A stretch of DNA of 44,973 nucleotides from Blastocystis sp. subtype 4 (lineage: Eukaryota), in the NCBI RefSeq assembly GCF_000743755.1, contig NW_014569493.1, forward strand, positions 1 to 44,973. Direction: 5' to 3'. This document shows positions 1 through 13,186 of this stretch, one piece after another (position 1 is the stretch's first letter; each line of letters starts with the position of its first letter). The notes beneath the pieces are model-generated. The model saw nothing but the letters and a program-made list of their open reading frames with translations. It had not been told where the DNA came from and ran no database searches. The position numbers were made by a program, and so were the translations under genes.

Positions 1-214
1 TCTCATTCTCTTTCACTTCTATCACTTCTTCTCCTCTCTTACATACTCCTCTCATTTCTTCTTTATCAACATTCAAACTCAACATACAATTCTTATTATT
101 ATTCAATACACTCTCTTTCAAGTACTCTTTCCACTTCATTCTCCACTCTACTTCATTCATCTTCTTTGATATTGATTCAACATTATCTACTTTGACTCTC
201 TTATCATCACTCAT
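1..214 (-). CDS. partial hypothetical protein, runs off the left edge (Glu/Lys/Asn/Val-rich)
   Basis: ATG at 214 opens a stop-free frame MSDDKRVKVDNVESISKKMNEVEWRMKWKEYLKESVLNNNKNCMLSLNVDKEEMRGVCKRGEEVIEVKENE to position 1. The coding strand is strongly purine-rich and C-poor. Confidence 0.5.
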   Translation of the reverse strand, partial: MSDDKRVKVDNVESISKKMNEVEWRMKWKEYLKESVLNNNKNCMLSLNVDKEEMRGVCKRGEEVIEVKENE

Positions 215-371
215 TAATCCTATTAGAATAGTAGATACTGATTATTGTAGATTTACTGAATCGAAATCACGGGAATTTTTGTCTCTCAGTCACTAATCAT
301 TGTTTCATCCATATCACAATTGTTATTCCAAACTGTTCACTTCTGGTATTTCAAAGATAGAAATAACTAGA

Positions 372-3300
372 ATGGGATTTGGTTCATATATCTCATGCTT
401 TTTCATTCTTAGTATACTAATATGAATGAGATGGTAATTGAGTCATCGTATCAGAGCTGCAGTTATTGAATACTTGCTGAGATCAGAGTCTATTATCTCA
501 AAAATCATAAGAAAGTGAATTGATTGTTCAGAATACATTTCCAGACTTTTTGACTAGTGTCATAACATTGAAACTATTATTGCAATTCCATAATCATATA
601 CGATTTCCGCGATTCCAGTTTTCTATTCTGGGGCAAGTACATAGAAACTATTGTATTGATCATGCTGCCCGTATCTATCCGGAAGTCAGTGAAACATTTC
701 TTTCAGAGGGAGGTTGATCACTTCTTTAAGGTGAACAATTGCACGGATTTGGATAGAGATGGCCTTCGCACTTTGCTCATGGTATGAACTATCGGCTTTT
801 TGAATTTGTAGAGACTCTCCAATGGAGTAGTTCCAACTGATGCCACTCTTTCCATGTTTTTTGATAATGGAATGACTCGTGTATCTCAGGATACTGTGAT
901 ATCTATTGTTCTGAATTCGTTAGACATTCGGGAAGCTCTGATACATAGGTTTCCAATATCTGATGTTGAGATTAAGCCAAATGCGATTTTTCCAGCTGAA
1001 CAAGCTAAACGTACTGGTTCTTTTGAAGATCTTGATTGTAGCTGCACCATTCCGTACTCCTGATTTGTCTAACATTCACTACAATGATTATAACTTTATC
1101 GAATATAAGAAAGGTCTCATTAAGCGAGGAGTTGGACTTGCTGCTGATTCTCATTTCTAGCAAAAGGGGCTCTTTGGTCAGACGTACCCTCTGCGTTATG
1201 GTGAACTCACAATGGTACATCTGTATGTATATCCTAACCTGAAGGATTCATTCATTGTTTATGAAAGGGAACTAAAGGATAAGGTTATTACTAATATTCC
1301 TTTGACTAATATCATCGCAATTGAACCTCAAGTACATATAATCTTAGATTCTGATGGTTAGCCTAATGAGAAGAATATCTATCCATTCTTGATTCGTGAA
1401 CCAGATCGTGAGACTGTTTTAGCTGTTGATGATGATTCTTCTCGCAAGTAGATTTGCATCGACAACGTCACGTGTAGTAGTTGGATTCGACAAATCGCCT
1501 CTTTGGTTATTCTCCAGATGGCATCTTCTGGAATAATCAATGAAGAAAACTTCAAATAGTAATTCCAAGAATCGGCACTAATTCTGTAGTATGGTGAGTC
1601 TAGGTGCTAATATCAATTGTTGTTTCAGTCGTGATGATCCTCGTCCTGTTCTTTATTATCTTCTTAAGAATCATCAACTGAGTCTAGCACATTGGATTCT
1701 TGAGAAAGGAGCATCACCTGGATGTCTGCTTCGTTGGAGTTTTATTGTTGTGGAGCGAGTAATGACACCAATGGAGGTATTATCCATATTTGAAACACAT
1801 CAGATTGATTTGTCATTGAAGAGTGATGATGGATTTAATTACAATCTTATGCATTATATGTGCTATTTTGGTCTTGTGGATGGAGTCAAGAAGCTAGTTG
1901 AGTGTTCGGTGTCTCAATCTTTGATCAATGATCCTACAGAGAGTAATGACATCGCACTAACAATCGCTCTTTTATCACCAGAAACCACTGTTGATATCAA
2001 GGAAACAATAGCTTCAATATTGTGTGAATCATCCAACATCACAATTTGTAACAAATCCTCTCAAAATCCAATCCAATTAGCTCTGTTGTTAGGTAAGATT
2101 AGTCTTCTCTTTCATATGCTTCCCTATGCTACCAATGTTCGTTTTGATGCCTACGGTAACTCCTATCTGCATTTGGCTATCAAAGCAGGTTTACCTACAG
2201 TAGCACGTTACATCCTCTATCACACAAATGTGAGTGATTTGAATAAGAAGGATTGTGCTGGAGATACTGTGTTGACACTTGCTCTGAAGAGTGGTGATGA
2301 AGAATTGGCATGTGAAATCCTTCAGAGTGGCGATTCGATAGATTCAGGAGTGATATGTTCAGATTGGCAAATGGAAGGGTGTGAGAAAGATCTTCCAATC
2401 CATCAAGCCCTGAAACGTCATATGCAATACTTAGCCAACACAATTTGTGAGAGTGGAGATTACTATCTGTCTCGTGATACACAAGGAGAATTGCCAATTC
2501 ATTTGGCATTGTCTTTTCATTTACCTCTGTGTATTGACTATATGTTATCTCGTGATGATGCTGGGCGTTTCATCAATGCTCCAAATGGAGAAACATTAGA
2601 TACCCCTCTTCATGTGGCTATCAAGTTAGGATACTATGATCAATCATTACGTATCCTCTTCGGAGGAGGAGATGTGAACAGTGTTAATCGAGCTGGAATG
2701 ACTGTTGTTCACACACTGATCAAGGCTGCTATGAATGAATATGAGAGTATCGCTGTTCAGACACTCTCTCAAGATCAGTATCTTCAACTCCTCCAAGAGA
2801 TTTTGAAACATCATCCTGATGTACGGGTTTTGTGTAAGAATTCTTCTGAAAACCCTTGTGAGACGGCTCTTCATATGGCTATTCGAGGTGGCCCTCTCAC
2901 AGAGAAGCTGGCTCTCATGCTTCTTCAGTATGATCCTGAGTTGGTAATGATACGAGACTATGAGAATTGTACACCTATCATACGAGCTGTTGAGATGCGA
3001 TCACTCTGCCTGGTTCATGCTCTTTGTGCTAATCATGCTGAACTTCATGTTGTGAATCGGGGCCGTAATTCTCCTCTTCACATAGCGGTTGCTAATCGTG
3101 ATATAGACATCGTTCGTTTTTTTGTCAATCATGGTGCTTTTTATCGAATTTGGAATGCAGAAGGTTATTATCCGATTCATATAGCAATTAGAAACAATGA
3201 TTTGGAGTCATTGAAGTTGCTTTGCATGAGTGAGATTGATGCCAATCTGATGACACGTGAAGGAGATTCTTGCTTTCTCTTGGCATGTGCTTCTGGTTCT

Positions 3301-4352
3301 TATTCCTGTGTAACATATTTGCTTGAACATGGAGCTGATCCTTATTTGTTGAATCGGAAAGATCAATCATGTGTGTCTGTAGTGTGTGAGGTGATTCAAT
3401 CAGATGGTGGTTCTAATAACTATTATCCTATTGCTTATCTCATGTGTCAGTTGATCGAGGTTTTTGCTAGGGAGTGTTTCCCTTATACGGAGCAACTTGA
3501 ACGCGAACAAAATATCTTGGCATCGTATGTTGAGAGGGGAGTTTCATCTGGGGAGTTTCATCCTGAAAGTGTTACGGTGGTGTTGCATGATATGGCTTGT
3601 GCGGTTGTTAATGAACCTGATGTGTCAGTCGCTTACCCTGTAGTAGAGGAGCCACAATTGGCACCTCTGAATCCCCGTGATTCTTTTATGAATCTGCCTT
3701 CTCCTGTCCAATCTCCTGTCCAGTCTCCATCTCGATCTCCTCAGACCCCTCCTGCTCTTCCTCCTTCTGCATCTTCCTCACTGTCTAAGCCACCTCCTCA
3801 GACACCACCGACACTTCCTCCATCACAATCCTCGCGATCTAAGTCACCTTCTCGGCCTCCTCCACTGCCTTCGACACAACCTCCTTCGCTACGTTCCACC
3901 CTCACCTCCACAGTGAATCTGTCCAAGATCCGCGAGGAACGAGAGTAGATACCTTCACATATTTTTATCGTAGATTGTTACAGTCGGAAGTAGATGTGTT
4001 GAAGGAGAGATTGCGGGTAACAGATCAGACCTATCAGACTCGTCTGGACGAAGTTGAGAGACGTGTGCGTGAAAAGTTCCAGGAGCTTTTGATGCATGGT
4101 AATTCGAAAGAGGCAATTGACCGTTTGTCTGCAAAGCTGATAGCAAAAGGAGTATGAAATGCATAGTTTGATTATGTGTAGTTGAGTGAAGAATCAGCAA
4201 GAACCAAAGGTCAAGAGTTGTATCTGAATGTATTAGTGGAGAATAAGCGTTCAAAACTGCAGAAAGAGTATGAGGAGGCGAGAGAGGAGATTCTGCGGGA
4301 GATTGAACAGAAAGAAGGAGCACTTTCAACTATTGGTGGCTATATTATGTGA
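372..4352 (+). CDS. PH-domain plus ankyrin-repeat protein with Pro/Ser-rich linker and C-terminal coiled coil (multi-exon, 5' end uncertain)
   Basis: Spliced 1105-1520 gives a PH-like fold (KKGLIKR..QKGLFGQTYPLRYGEL..YPFLIREPDRETVLAVDDDSSR..WIRQIA). The 31-nt intron 1559-1589 joins it in frame to the 1591-3948 exon, which has many ankyrin motifs (GNSYLHLAIKAG, DTPLHVAIKLG, NSPLHIAVAN, YYPIHIAIRNN). Coiled-coil exons end at TGA 4350-4352, with TGTTTGTT at 4360. Confidence 0.85.
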
Positions 4353-4424
4353 GTGGATGTGTTTGTTAAGTGAATGGTCATTTAGTTTTTGGCTACGCTC
4401 TTATTGGTTTCTCTGAATAGAGGA

Positions 4425-5764
4425 ATGATTAGAGTCTTCATGAGAGATGGGAAACATTGTTTTTATGCTGTTTCAATCTGTCTCCTTGTATTGATAGTCT
4501 ATTTGTTTGCTTTCTTTGTAATGACTCATTCTAAGTCAATATTATCTCATCCATGATGTTGAACACGGATCAATGCTGAAGGACTTAAGATCCCGAGTTT
4601 CTGTAAGATCTAAATATTGAGTAGACTTTAGTATCTGAACTCTGATACTTCTTTGTTTTCAGTTGCATTAGTAATTCCAACAACGTTGGTTATTGTTCGT
4701 TTATGAATTCTAGAATGGACCTATTACCATATGTGAATTTCCATATATTATTATGGCCAAGGTAAAACTGAATCGTGTTCATGACTTGTAGCAATATTGC
4801 GGTTCCTGTGTCTGTAACAACGGGAGAAGAATCTATTCTATCTTCATATCTCCATTTAGCTCTTTTTCCATCTCGTGTTTCTGTTTCGGTTTATTCGTCT
4901 CCTGATTCATCATTCCCGGTTAATAGAATGCGAAATGAGGCAATAGCAAAGATTTCGAGTACTCATTTTATTTCACTAAGACCACTTCAAATTCCTTCAA
5001 GTGTGTCTTTGTATTCCTCTTAATCTTAGATTCTCTGTTCGAGAGTATTTATTCTCTTCCATCAGATCTTTTATCAAATCCAAAGGTTATCTTTATTATT
5101 CCAGAATTTGATCTCTCATTTATAAGTATTCCTTGTGACACTTGGTATTCCTGTTCTCCACGGTATCTGAATGTTTGGGTTCTCATCATAGGGATGTTTC
5201 ATATACTCAGTTATCAAAAGCAGAAATCAAATCCTGTTCAACTTGGGGAGCATGCAAATCTAGAGGAACTACCCCTCCAAATGTATGAAAATGAGTTAGA
5301 GAGTCACAGTATAGAATTATTTACCAGATGAATGGTTTTCTATACCTCCGAATAACCACAGTACACCATTGTTGTGTTGGTCAGATCGGTCCCAGGATGT
5401 GTATTGAAATTGATGGAGAATGATTGTTAGAACTGTAATGGCTATGAAAACGGATGTTAATCCATCATTTGATGAACGATTTGAAGACACAGGACTTAGT
5501 TTGGTGAATTGGGTAATGTCGTTGCGGTATTCTGGTTGTGAATTTCGCGTTTTGTCTCATGGATGGATTAATGTTATCCTTCCATATTCGTATAAATACT
5601 GAACAGCATTTAGAATTAGACCAAGGCAAGCAACAGGTGATTCATTATTAGATGGAAAGAGCATTTCAGATCGATCGAATCGGAAGCTTTACTTTGAACA
5701 GAAAACAAAATTCAAGAAGCAACTGTCATTACCGATGTGTCCTACTGATCCGATTCCTTCTTGA
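4425..5764 (+). CDS. glycosyltransferase family 49-like (LARGE C-terminal / B4GAT1-like), type II membrane protein, multi-exon
   Basis: N-terminal hydrophobic anchor. FPVNRMRNEAIAKISSTHFISL and PSFDERFEDTGLSLVNWVMSLRYSGCEFRVL resemble the GT49 motifs YP.N.LRN.A and P.FDERF.GYG.NK...L....F.VL. Confidence 0.7.
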
Positions 5765-5984
5765 CAGGATTAGACTATGAAGATTTTTACTTCTAACTTG
5801 AATTGAAATTGTACTCTGATGTGTTTGTTCTGTTGTTCACAAAGAAGAGAGTGTCTCCTGTGAACTACATATCTTCTCAATCATTTCAATGACCCTATCA
5901 AGTGAGTTTAGAAGAAAACAAAGACAAACACATAGCAAAGATTATACAGCTAGGTAACTAAGGGAAGTGAGGGTACATAAAGGA

Positions 5985-6920
5985 TTAGCTTGTATCAACA
6001 GGACTAGCATCACTATGACTCTCCGAGTCGATAAGCCTATGTATGACACATTCGAATCAAACCCACTGTTCAAGAAGCTTGCGCAAAGGAGCCTCTTCTT
6101 TTTTTGAGATTAGTCCAAATTCCCTCACGAACATTCCAAAATACTTAAAAGAGGTATTTAGATGAATTTCAGCGTTCCTCTTAATGAATTCACTTAGATG
6201 ATGGTGATACACATGTGCATACACACGAAACAGTTTCTTAAACAAAATCCGCATAACAGGAATGAAGTTTTCTGGAAATACACCATCACTGTACATGAGA
6301 TACCATTCCTCAATCCTACGAGACCTCGGCAAAGTCATCACTACTAAAAACATTAGAAGCCCAAATAAATACATTGCTGATATAATTGCAAGCAGGCATC
6401 TACAGTTCATCTTCAGCATTGTTTGTACAGAAATAGGATCGCGTTGATGTTCATCCGTCCATAAATATGTGTAATGAGGTCCAGCTGCCATTTCTGGACA
6501 AGTGTACGGATTACAAAAGTCACTAATTCTATAAATTACCAATATATGACACCAGAACGATTCCCATAATAGTTGACACTCTTCCAAATAGAATTGTGCC
6601 TTCTCATAGATCCATCTAAACTTCAAGAAATAAACGAAATGGAACATATACTCATTTACTCCAGGAGGCAATTTGACGAGATCAGATATTGGACAATTCA
6701 TCTTCAAGGTTTTGGTTTGAAAGGAGTCCACAACCGTTCCTGTACTCCCTGTACTATAGCTACGAATGAAGACTAATGAGAAATCCAACAACTGCTCTTT
6801 GGTAGACGGTTTTGCTTGAGAAGCAACATTCGTACTCCTGGAAGTATTGGACTGCATCCCATAGTTTTCTAAAATATCAAATAACTCAGTTCCAATCGTT
6901 ACCTTGTCCAATCGTCTCAT
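5985..6920 (-). CDS. MOB1: MOB1-family kinase activator
   Basis: Motifs VKLPPG, CPEMAAGPHYTYLW, FKKLFRVYAHVYHHH, HLNTSFKYF..F..EFGLI..KEEAPL. A last 30-nt intron gives the C-terminus EQLIDSESHSDASPVDTS*. Start is approximate. Confidence 0.9.
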
Positions 6921-7179
6921 CGAGATTCGCAATAGGCATTGTATTATCGCACAGCATTTTCCTCGAACTACTCCGACTATAGTTGTTTTTACTGCATGTT
7001 GAACCCATGCTCTGGAGATTTCAAAGAATAGATAAACACAATGTATACATGCCGACAAGTGTTGAATGAAGCAAATCGTATGGTTCTACATTACTAGCAA
7101 AAGAAGGCAACAGAGAAAACACAAAGAGTAAATAACAAACATTCCATGGTAAGTACTCTCCCCAATAATCAACAACAGC

Positions 7180-7621
7180 TTATTCCTCAACAACCTTTGT
7201 CTGAAGACCATGGAAATGAGGGACATCTACCACCTGCACCAGAGTATAGAACTATGAATCACTATCACTCACCGAATGTACAGTCTTTTCATCCTCACCC
7301 TCTCCATCGACCTTACGAGCCAGACGCACGCGGATACGACGAGGAATGTTGCGAATACCCTTGTTCCATACATAGTGGTTGACAGTAGTATCAATAACAA
7401 CCTTTTCAGTTCCCATGGCCTTCTGAGCGAACTTGCGAATAACATCCATAGCACGAGGAGCCTTTCTCTTAAAAGCACTATAATGGAGATTAGCCAAGGT
7501 CCAATAACAAAAAAGAATACAATCAATGAGAAACAACAACGTACACTTTGTGGCAAGCCTTGTGAAGATTGATAGTGTAGTCACGAGTGACAGGAACCAT
7601 TTCCTTCTTTTCAGTACTCAT
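7180..7621 (-). CDS. RPL31: 60S ribosomal protein L31 (eL31), two introns
   Basis: Spliced product [95 protein letters not shown]. Confidence 0.97.
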
Positions 7622-8038
7622 CTTCTGATTATTCTGAGAGAGATAGACCAATTTGCGAATGGAAGACGATAGTAGGGGCTAGGTGAAATGAAGCAGGCAT
7701 AGAATACAGAATGGGCAATTATGGGACATTTGAATATGATTTGTGCTCGAAATACCGTTATTTGGCATCAAATAAAGCAAATAGGATTGGAAATTGACTT
7801 GAAAGAAATGAATTGTTTTAAAACTACCTCTGCTGGAATAAGACAATAAACAAGTGATATGACGGAGAGTTTGACATTGCCCTAATCTGATAAAGCATGA
7901 CTACATCACTATGCGCTCCATTACTAAGTTGATTTCATTGATGAATTAAAGAAATGATGGACTGAAGATCCGTGCAATAAGCCAATAATTGATTGGTTGA
8001 ACGAGACTGATTCATGTCGATGATGAAACGGTCGACTC

Positions 8039-11000
8039 ATGGATCCACAGAAAGTGAATATGAAAGCAAGATTGTTGTTTTTATTCTGCTTCTGTAAGAT
8101 GTACAAGTTACGAATAATCCATGTAGTGGTTTTCGGTGTTCTTGGCTGCGAGGAGGATGAATACCAAATCAGTGTGGAGAAGTGTACTAAGAGTTGGGGT
8201 ACTGAAGAGTCATACAAGATTCTCTACAAGAATGCTGTTATGGCAGTGAGTGAACCGTTTACTAATAATGCTGTTCGAACTTATTATCATTGCATTCCTA
8301 AAGAACCTACTGGTCGTTACACATTGAATATGCTTGATACGTAAGTTTTCTGTTGGAACCTTAGTAGTAGAACTGATACCTGGAGTTCTGGAGCATACAT
8401 CCGTATTCTTGGACCTGATGGTCAGCTATTGTATATCGGCGTAATGACACAGGATAAAACCGAAAGTCACGATTTTTACCGTTTGTGTGAGTGGATGAAT
8501 TGACATCTAGTTGGCTATATGATTGAGAATACCTCAACCTGGAAAGTAACAAATCGGGTTCAACCTGCTTCCTCTTGGACATCCAGCAATTTTGATGATA
8601 GTGATTGGGATACTTACACTGGTAGAACGAGTGTGAGTAAGGTTGGAACTGTATATGCACGTAAGACGGTGCAAGGTATTGATGATATGGCTGCTTATGA
8701 GCTTACTTGGTATGTCCAGTATGGAGTTGTGGTGTATGTGAATGGTGTGGAAGTACGACGTGTGAATATGCCATCGTAGGGCTTTGGATGAGTATTGATA
8801 ATAGGGGTACTGTTACTGCTGATACAAAATGCAGTGGCCATGATGATTATCGTACGTTATATAGTGTGATTCGAAATGGTTTGGAAATTGAAACTGATAC
8901 TGTGACAATTGCTATGGAGTATCATTATGAGGACAATACCAGCTCTCATACATTCTATATGGCATCATTCTTAGCTCCCTATCTCCCCTCAATGGGTGAT
9001 TCTTGTTATCAGAGTCATGAAGCGAATCAAATCTCAAGTAATTCTGCCAAGAGTGATAGTGATGTGAATAATCCTTGGAACGCTTTCGATTTGAACGTGA
9101 ATGTTCCTTGGACAGAAGAAACATACAATTTTTATGTGGAAGTTGAATGGGGTGCCTGCATTCCCCAAATCAATGGATTTATGATCAATGTCGGTTATTC
9201 ACGTACTCTACACCCTTCTTCATTCACACTTCGTGGTTATCCTCCCAACTCTGTTTCATCAGATCTGATGGTAACAAAGACAGACTATGAATATGAGAAT
9301 AACTACGAGAATTATTTCGCTCTTCCTTTAAATGAGAAGATTTATAAGAAGGTTCGTATGCAGATTACTAAGACTGGTGAGAGCTCGTTACGATTAAATG
9401 AACTGACTTTGTTGACATGTCGATATCGTGTTCCTGAGAAATTGGAGATGACTGAAAGTGAGATTACTATCAATGCTTATGTGGATACAGTTCGCATTCT
9501 TCCCGTGTATGATGGTTTCGTCTCTTGCTCTGTGACTCCCACTCTTCCTTCTGGTCTGTCAATCAACTATCAGACCTGTATCATTAGCGGAACACCTCGT
9601 GAAGTCAAGGATGAGACGACATACACCATCAGATCCCTGAGTCCTCATGAGACCTCAACCACACTCAAGATCACTGTAACTGAGTGTACAAAGACCATTC
9701 TGGAGGTGGAGCGTACTTATGGTGCTGTTAGTTATGGATATGAGACTCATTGGCTGCGAAAGATTGGAGGCAGCACTGTAGAGCGTGTGTATCAGAACAC
9801 AGTCCAGCAAGCAAGCAAGACTATTAAGAATCGTTATTGTGTTGAAGGTGGCTTGTATGAGCTTACTTTGGACAATGCAATTACCAACTACTGGCGTCCT
9901 GACTCCTATATCAAGCTGAATCTGGTTTATGGAACAAGTACTGTGACAATTCTGAACTGGAAATATGATCTGACGAGTGGTTATACTCCTAGTGTCACTG
10001 TGAACATTAATGCTGAAATCCCTCGTGAGCAGGAGTGGCATTACTTTATGGGAGATGTCCCAGAAGGATGGGATTCGGCTACGATGCCTGAGGGCTGGTC
10101 GAAGGCCAAGAAAGGTTCATTCGAAGATTCGCCGAACCAGCTTCAGATCTACAAATATCAGTTCTCAACAGATATTACGACAGCAGCAGGATATGAGATG
10201 GAGCTCATGTACACACATGGAATTATTGTAGTGATCAACGGTCATGAGGTGTTCCGTAACAATGTGGAGGGTACTCTTACTAACGAAACGTATGCTACTG
10301 ATTCTTACAGTGCCACACAGTATCGTCGTGTATCTCTCCCTCTGTACATTCCAGCCACGTCCACTTCAGAAGGATATTCTGTGATCAAGTCTGGTAACAA
10401 TGTTGTGGCGATCTGTCTGGTTGCTCGTACTGCATCTCAACGCACATCAACCTTCGATGCTTCCCTACATATAATGGGTCGAGAGACTGTGGGTCGTGTC
10501 TTTGATTATACTGCTACTACTTCTGACTCAGCTGCTAGTGCGAATTATGCCTTTGATTTAAGTGGTCAAACTGTGTATTCTTCAACTTCATGCAATGAAG
10601 GTCGTTTCATTCAGATAACATTTGAGAATGATCGTCGTGAATGGATCAGTAAATACGTGATTATGAACAGTTCAGAGAAAGATAAGATAAGTCCTGGTTC
10701 GTGGGTCTTCCAAGCAAAGAATGAAAAAGATGCAGACTGGACTACACTGAATCAAGTTAATTCTACTTCATTCTGGTATACATCACAAGGAAAGGAAGTC
10801 TGGCTTAATAATGTGAAGCCTTATAATTCATATCGTTTCTTCAATCTCTTAGGAGACTCTACAGAGACTCCTTGTGAAGTGAATCTTGCTCAGATTGGAT
10901 TGTTTGCAGATTCGATGCAACGTCAAGAACCTGAACTGGCATTCAGTGGTAATCCTGTTGGTTATCTGAATGTGGACTTTGAGGATCTGGTGCCTACATG

Positions 11001-13134
11001 TTCGTATTACAAGGAGTACCGAACAACTCCTGAACTTCCTTCTTTCCTTACGATTGATGAAGTGTCTGGATACATTCGAGGTACCAATCTGGAGAAGATG
11101 GATCCTGCAGTGTATACAATTACAGCTAGTAAGCTTGATGGAAGTGCTATCTCAACTGAACTGACACTGTCTGTGATTGAATGTGATAAGTCCATGTTCC
11201 AATTGGTTCTTCTCACAGACTCCTATCCAACTGAAATGAGTTGGGAATTGTACAAGGGAGCTTCAGCTACAGGTGATCCTATATCCAGCATGAGCAGTTA
11301 CTCCTCCAAGAACAGTTATCATTACAAGTACTTCTGTCTGGATGATGAGATTTATACCTTCAAATTCGTTGATAGTTATGGGGATGGATGGGCTGTACCT
11401 GCTGGATATCGTATTATGACCAATGATTATCTCACATATGCTCAAGGAACTATACCTAGAGGAGAGAAGCCTGTATCCAAGACTGTGACTTTCAGTAACA
11501 TTGTACCTATCAAGAAGACGAGCTCGGAATGGCGTGTACTCAAAGGTCAGGCTACAAATACATGGACTGCAGTTGACTTTGATCATTCCTCTTGGACACA
11601 GACTCAGGGAGGCAATGTGGGTAAGATGGATACGAACACAATTTATCTCCGTCATCTGTTCTCCATTGATGACATCGTGAAGACACCTGTGCTTAATGTA
11701 CAACTGCGTTTCTCTGGAGGAGCAGCTGCTTACATCAATGGAGTGCGTGTCTTCCGTGTGAATCTTCCGACTACGATTGCTTTTGATACTGAAGCTACAA
11801 ATACTCATTCTAGCTATGCCTTCTCCCAGTTCTCGATCCCACTTCAGTTGAAGGGAGGAAGAAATGGTCAGAATGTGTTGGCTGTGGAGCTTCATCGTGC
11901 TAAGGACCAAGGAACGGATACAGACTCTTCCTTTGATATGGAAGCTGTTCTGGCTTATGGTGATAACGCTGTGTCTCGTAACCGTGCGTCCAGCTATTCG
12001 AGTTCGACTCCTGTGAAGGGATCTGCTTATGGTCTGTTTGATTCTACGGTGTGGAATTACATCAGTTGGGACTGGACGGAAGGTACATATGCCAGTTGGG
12101 AGCTCGAGAATCTGGAGGGTGCTTACTTCAATCGCTATCGAATCTACAGTGATGGTAACTACGGCTCAATCTCATGGATCCTGCGGGCTAAGCGGGAAGG
12201 TGATGAGGTGTACACAACAGTGAATTCGCAGAAGTCTGCTACTCTCGTAGATCGAGGTGTTGCAGAATTCATCATTCCTAATGGTATTATTGGCTACAAG
12301 GACTTCCGTCTGGAGATTCTGAATGTGGAGAGACCTACTGGCTTTACCATCGATGAGTTTGAACTGGCTTATGCTGCTGGTTCAGGCAGAATGTGTCCAG
12401 GTGTGGGTGATTATCCTTCGGTGGCTGAAGGCGAGATCTCAGTAAGTACTTGTCCTCAGTATTATGATGGTTATTCATATCGTGAGTGCAAGAATCAGCA
12501 GTTGGGTGAAGTGAAGTTGGAGCATTGCTCGAAGTTCGCTCCTAGCAAACTGGAATTTGCTGAACCGATCTACACTGTTTATGTGAACGCAGAAGTGATT
12601 GGAATCAAACCAACAGTATTTGGTCTGATTGATGATTACCAGATTCTGCCTGAGTTGCCCGAAGGTCTTTCTCTCAATACGAAGACAGGTGCCGTTGAAG
12701 GTAAGCCAGTAAGAATCACTACTCGACTGCAGGAATATACTGTTACTGGTTACAATGAGAATGGATCTGCTTCTGGTACTTTCACTTTATCAGTGATTAC
12801 TGGCTATTGTGATCCTGAGGAGAAGTGGCCACGTACTGAGATTGGTACCACAGCTGTATATGATTGTAAGGAGATGGGCAATTACGTGGGAACCATGCGA
12901 CGATCCTGCAAACTTGGTAAGAATGAACCTGAATGGGGAATGGAGGTTGGTTTCTGTATGGCTGTCGGCAGTTTCATTGCAATGGGTGTTTTGTTGCTTG
13001 TTGTGATTCTCATTGTGATTGTCGCAGTAGTGAAGGTGGTTTCAGATAAGAAGAAGGCAAATGCACGTAGTGGTGTCAGAGGTGGTAAGAAGGCTCGCAA
13101 TATTATGAAGTCTGTGCCATATGCAAAGATCTAA
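8039..13134 (+). CDS. large type I membrane/surface protein with repeated beta-rich modules, three He_PIG-like Ig repeats and two Cys-rich HormR-like modules
   Basis: Signal-like N-terminus, four short 5' introns (e.g. 8341-8370, 8481-8510), then a 4.3-kb exon. He_PIG-like LPSGLSINYQTCIISGTP, LPSFLTIDEVSGYIRGT, LPEGLSLNTKTGAVEGKP. One TM helix (FIAMGVLLLVVILIVIVAVV), then a basic tail ending YAKI. Confidence 0.85.
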
Positions 13135-13186
13135 GCTTTTCTTGTCTGTTTGCGGCTTATATTGGTCTGTTTGTTTAAGAAACATT

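Noticed and set aside
3700..3890. Pyrimidine-rich repeats such as tctcctgtcca x2
   Set aside because: They encode the Pro/Ser-rich linker (SPVQSPVQ, PQTPP x2) of the ankyrin protein and are not an independent element.
7622..8047. Long intergenic gap with small hairpins and TGATGA/CTGA words (snoRNA or hammerhead candidate)
   Set aside because: The boxes are not in a convincing order, I see no rRNA-antisense guide, and the hammerhead core CTGANGA is missing. It is more simply a divergent promoter region.
11263..11910. 215-aa antisense ORF and other 60-150 aa antisense ORFs in the track
   Set aside because: They lie opposite well-supported genes and show no recognisable motifs, so they are shadow ORFs.
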